From Oculina patagonica (taxonomy: Eukaryota), in assembly GCF_052425735.1 (NCBI RefSeq), contig NC_135762.1, positions 10,540,001 to 10,604,000 of the forward strand: 64,000 nucleotides of DNA, written 5' to 3'. Under the pieces are notes generated by a model that was not told the origin of the DNA, did not search any database, and saw nothing but the letters and a program-made list of their open reading frames with translations. The position numbers and the translations under genes were made by a program. Of this stretch, positions 61,001-64,000 are shown in pieces. The stretch's first letter is position 1, and each line of letters opens with the position of its first letter.

Positions 61001-63904
61001 ACCTCAGGAGGGTGTACACAACAATGTCAGATGAGGTAAACGTGAACTTACAAGTGAGTTTGATGTGTAAAGTGTTCAAATGTTTTATTTTTGTTTATTC
61101 ATATGAGGGTTTTCTTTTAAATGCCTTGTAGATTAAAGAGGAGGATTTGATGAAGTCCATAGATTATCTCTTAAAAGCATATGGAATGGCAAAAGAAAGT
61201 AAGTAGGTTTTTTGGAACTTACAGTTCTGTATTAACTTACAGGTGTACAGTTGTCAGTAAATAATAATGTCTTGCATTCAGCCTGACTTGAGAAGTCGTA
61301 AGGAATTGTACATTTAATGTAGATGTTGCAGTTAATTTTTGATCTCAGTTAATTTTTTATTTTAACTAGTTAGTTTTTTCTAACTAGTTGATTTTTTTTA
61401 ACTAGTTAAATAATGGGGTTAGGGTTAGGGTATCATATATTTTAAAAAAATAGTAGTTCATCCAATGTTTCCTACGTGGCACAGTGGATAAGGGGTTGGA
61501 CAGCAAATCCAGAGGTTGAGAGTTCAAATCCAGTGCAGGTTAGTAAAAAAGGAAAAAATAAATGATAGTACTTAGGGGAGAGAGATAGTAGCAGATAGTA
61601 GGGGAGGGTTAGTAAGGATGGGGGGGAGGGTATGAGATATCAAGGGGGGGAGGTGTTCTACTTTTTCTACTTATTAACCAAGAATAAAAAAAAAAACTAG
61701 TTAGAAAAAAAACTAACTAGTTAAAATAAAAAATTAACTAAGATCAAAAATTAACTGCAACATAGACTCTAAAAGTGAGTGTTTTGAAATGTACATAATG
61801 TACATTGTGTAGACTCTGAACTTTTTCAGTTTATCCAAAATCGTGTCAACTACGAATGTACAAAAGTCTGGGAACAATTTTATCACCTTAGAACTAGGAG
61901 GGCTGAGATCAAAATAGTGTGAAGTAGCTGCATTTAATTATGTACTCAAAATAAATTTTGTTTCCATGATAGGTGGAGACAGTCAGCAAGAAGGTTTAGC
62001 TGGCTATAGACTGGGAAATGCTTATGAGGAAATTGGAGATGCTGAGACTGCCATTTTGGTGAGAACAAAATGATCTTTTCAAACTTTTCCAGCTTATCTT
62101 TATTTATGTTTAGAAATACTGCTTCCTAAAACAGTCTTAAAAAGTATGTTTGGGATTCCTTCTTTCTAAGGTCAACTCTAGAATGGGCTACACATACATT
62201 TAGCTAGGTTGCTGGTGATGGAGCTTGCCTGCATTTTTGGCATGGCAAGTGATGGAAAACTCAACTTATGCTACATTTTTAATTCTACATGACAGTACCT
62301 TTCAACTTTTTTTTGGTCAATGATTCAATGATTTCTTATTCTAGTATCATAATGGATACCTGGAAAAATGCCAGCAGAACTCCGATGATGTTGGAATGGG
62401 GCGTGCCTGCCAAGCTCTGGCAAGGGCCTATGAAATGTAAGTTTGCACTTGATTTTTAATAAATTGAATGCCTTTATTTCAGTGTCAATTACAAAAATAG
62501 CAGTAAAAAAAACACTAAATGGGGATGTTGTGGTTTAATTTTATATTTGGTTTAAAATTTTTCAAACCAGTTTGATTTTTATTTTCTATTGTCTCACATT
62601 CATTATCATAACCTGAAACAAAGGGAAACAAAAACCAAACTGGTTTGAAAAATTTTAAACCAGAGATAAAATTAAACCACAACAGGGACACACACACAAA
62701 AACAATAATTTAAAGTTTTTTACACCAGCTGCAGTTATTACAGTTTTTAATAAAGTGGCACAAAAGGTGAATTAACATGTAGTGCGGCAAAAATACTGTA
62801 CATTTCTTTGCATACATGTAGTTTTGAAGGTGAGGTGAGCATTGATTTGACACTTTTGTGCAAGAAAAAGGCCTTAATACAATGGAGAAAAATCTGTGTG
62901 ATCTTGCTTGTATAATGAACAGTGTAACTTATTTTGTTCCTAGGCAAGGAGATGTAGAAAGTGCAATGAAGTATCTGGAGATGTTTGTTGAACTGGCCGA
63001 CCGATCTCAACAGTTACCAGAACAGCAGAAAGCTTGCACTAGTCTTGGCTCTATTTACAACTCTCTGGTAAGACAAACTCCTCTTTACTACTTAACAAAT
63101 GGAAGGTGCAGTGGCCTAATGGTTAGTGCGCCAGACTCCAGATCGAGCGGTCCGGCTTCAAGCCCTGGCCAGGCAGGGCACTACGTTGTGTTCTTGGGAC
63201 ACTTTACGCTCATAGTGCCTCTCTCCACAAATAATTGGGTACCAGCGAATTTACTGCTGGCAGTAACACTGCGATGGACTAGCATCCCATCCAGGGGGAA
63301 GTAGAAATACTCCTAGCTGCATTATGCTAGAGAAACTGGGAATAGCTCTGGCCTGATGAGCCACTTAGCTCAACTGCAGACTTTACCTTTTTACCTTACT
63401 AGTATTTTCTTTCCAGAATTGACAGCAGTTGTGTTGTTTTATATTTGACAGGGTAAATATGAAGATGCCATCCGCATGTACAGAAGAGGCTTTGAGATCG
63501 CTCAGGACCTCGCAGCAGTGGAAACCACGGAAACCACAAGAGTGGAATATGGAATTGCTTTAGCGCACACCCTTTTTGCTGGCTACTCCCAGTGCATGGA
63601 TCAAGTTGGCAAGAGTAACATGCAAAGATTACTTGACTTTAAGAGCTCAAGATGGGACACGTTTTCCGAAGAAGCAACAGGTGATGATGAGGATGATGAG
63701 GGTAGTCAGCCCAGCAGTGCTGTGGGCTCAGGAGAGAATGGTGACACTTTCAAGGGGGAGGGTGCGAAGGAAAATGTTACTACTGACACAGCCCCTGAAG
63801 GGGAAACCAAGGATGAGCAAATTGATGGTGGAACTGATTCAGGGGTGACTAGTGAGGGAGAGAATGGCAAAGATGGCCAGGTGGAGGGTCAGCAAGCAGA
63901 GTAA
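58026..63904 (+). CDS. TTC29: Tetratricopeptide repeat protein 29 (cilia/flagella), 9 coding exons, ~531 aa
   Basis: Exons 58026-58246, 59349-59572, 60238-60423, 60893-61035, 61132-61198, 61973-62058, 62345-62436, 62944-63067, 63452-63904; all GT-AG and phase-consistent. YRNTYEHNLCLDMLKDGFHQSFQELF resembles the TTC29 N-terminal block; TPR helices follow; RVEYGIALAH near the C-terminus. Confidence 0.88.
58787..59267. mobile_element. CCCGGG-ended MITE with GAAAGGGGTACCTTTT repeats
   Basis: cccgggggg..actccc start, gagtagccccccggg end, internal tandem aaaaggtatatgaaaggggtacc units; related fragments near 23480-23570 and 38172-38300. Confidence 0.7.
61324..61762. mobile_element. Ginger-like MITE carrying TTAGGG repeats and a tRNA-like segment
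   Basis: TAGA|TGTTGCAGTTAATTTTTGATC ... GATCAAAAATTAACTGCAACA|TAGA. Confidence 0.8.
62526..62684. mobile_element. Ginger-like hairpin MITE
   Basis: GGGA|TGTTGTGGTTTAATTTTAT ... ATAAAATTAAACCACAACA|GGGA. Confidence 0.8.
63099..63399 (+). mobile_element. tRNA-derived SINE, related to 54240-54512
   Basis: GTGGCCTAATGGTTAGTGCG A box, GGCTTCAAGCCC B box, ttgtgttcttggg core, TTTACC tail. Confidence 0.82.
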
Positions 63905-64000
63905 AGACTATGCCAGCAATCATATTGAAACTAATAAAGGAGTGTGAACAATAGGTCTCATCATGTTACACCAAAGGTCAATTTTGGGTGTGTACTTCTA

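Noticed and set aside
63353-63380. CTGATGA as a hammerhead core (also at 26928, 35151, 53616)
   Set aside because: No stem II followed by GAAA; the 63353 case is part of the SINE 3' region.

Overview
Intron-rich, AT-rich eukaryotic DNA, most likely a cnidarian such as a stony coral (inferred from gene style and repeat families, not proven). Gene content from left to right: (1) a young L1/Tx1-type LINE with intact ORF1 and ORF2 on the minus strand, whose 3' tail lies outside the window; (2) two paralogous class A GPCRs with single coding exons on the plus strand; (3) a gene with 5 coding exons on the minus strand encoding a signal peptide and 4 Ig domains with no transmembrane segment, resembling a soluble VEGFR/PDGFR ectodomain; (4) a complete 14-exon SREBP gene on the minus strand, head-to-head with (5) TTC29 on the plus strand across a ~200 bp bidirectional promoter. 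Intergenic and intronic DNA is dense with MITEs (hAT, Kolobok, Harbinger, Tc1/pogo and Ginger-like), tRNA-derived SINEs, RTE and Penelope relics, and minimal hammerhead ribozymes. The most unusual structure is a 3.8 kb foldback element in SREBP intron 1. It has TATGG..CCATA ends, a 6-bp TSD and ~830 bp near-perfect arms, and each arm carries the same decayed THAP-domain coding sequence. All exon models were read by hand from GT-AG sites and phase checks; no searches were run.
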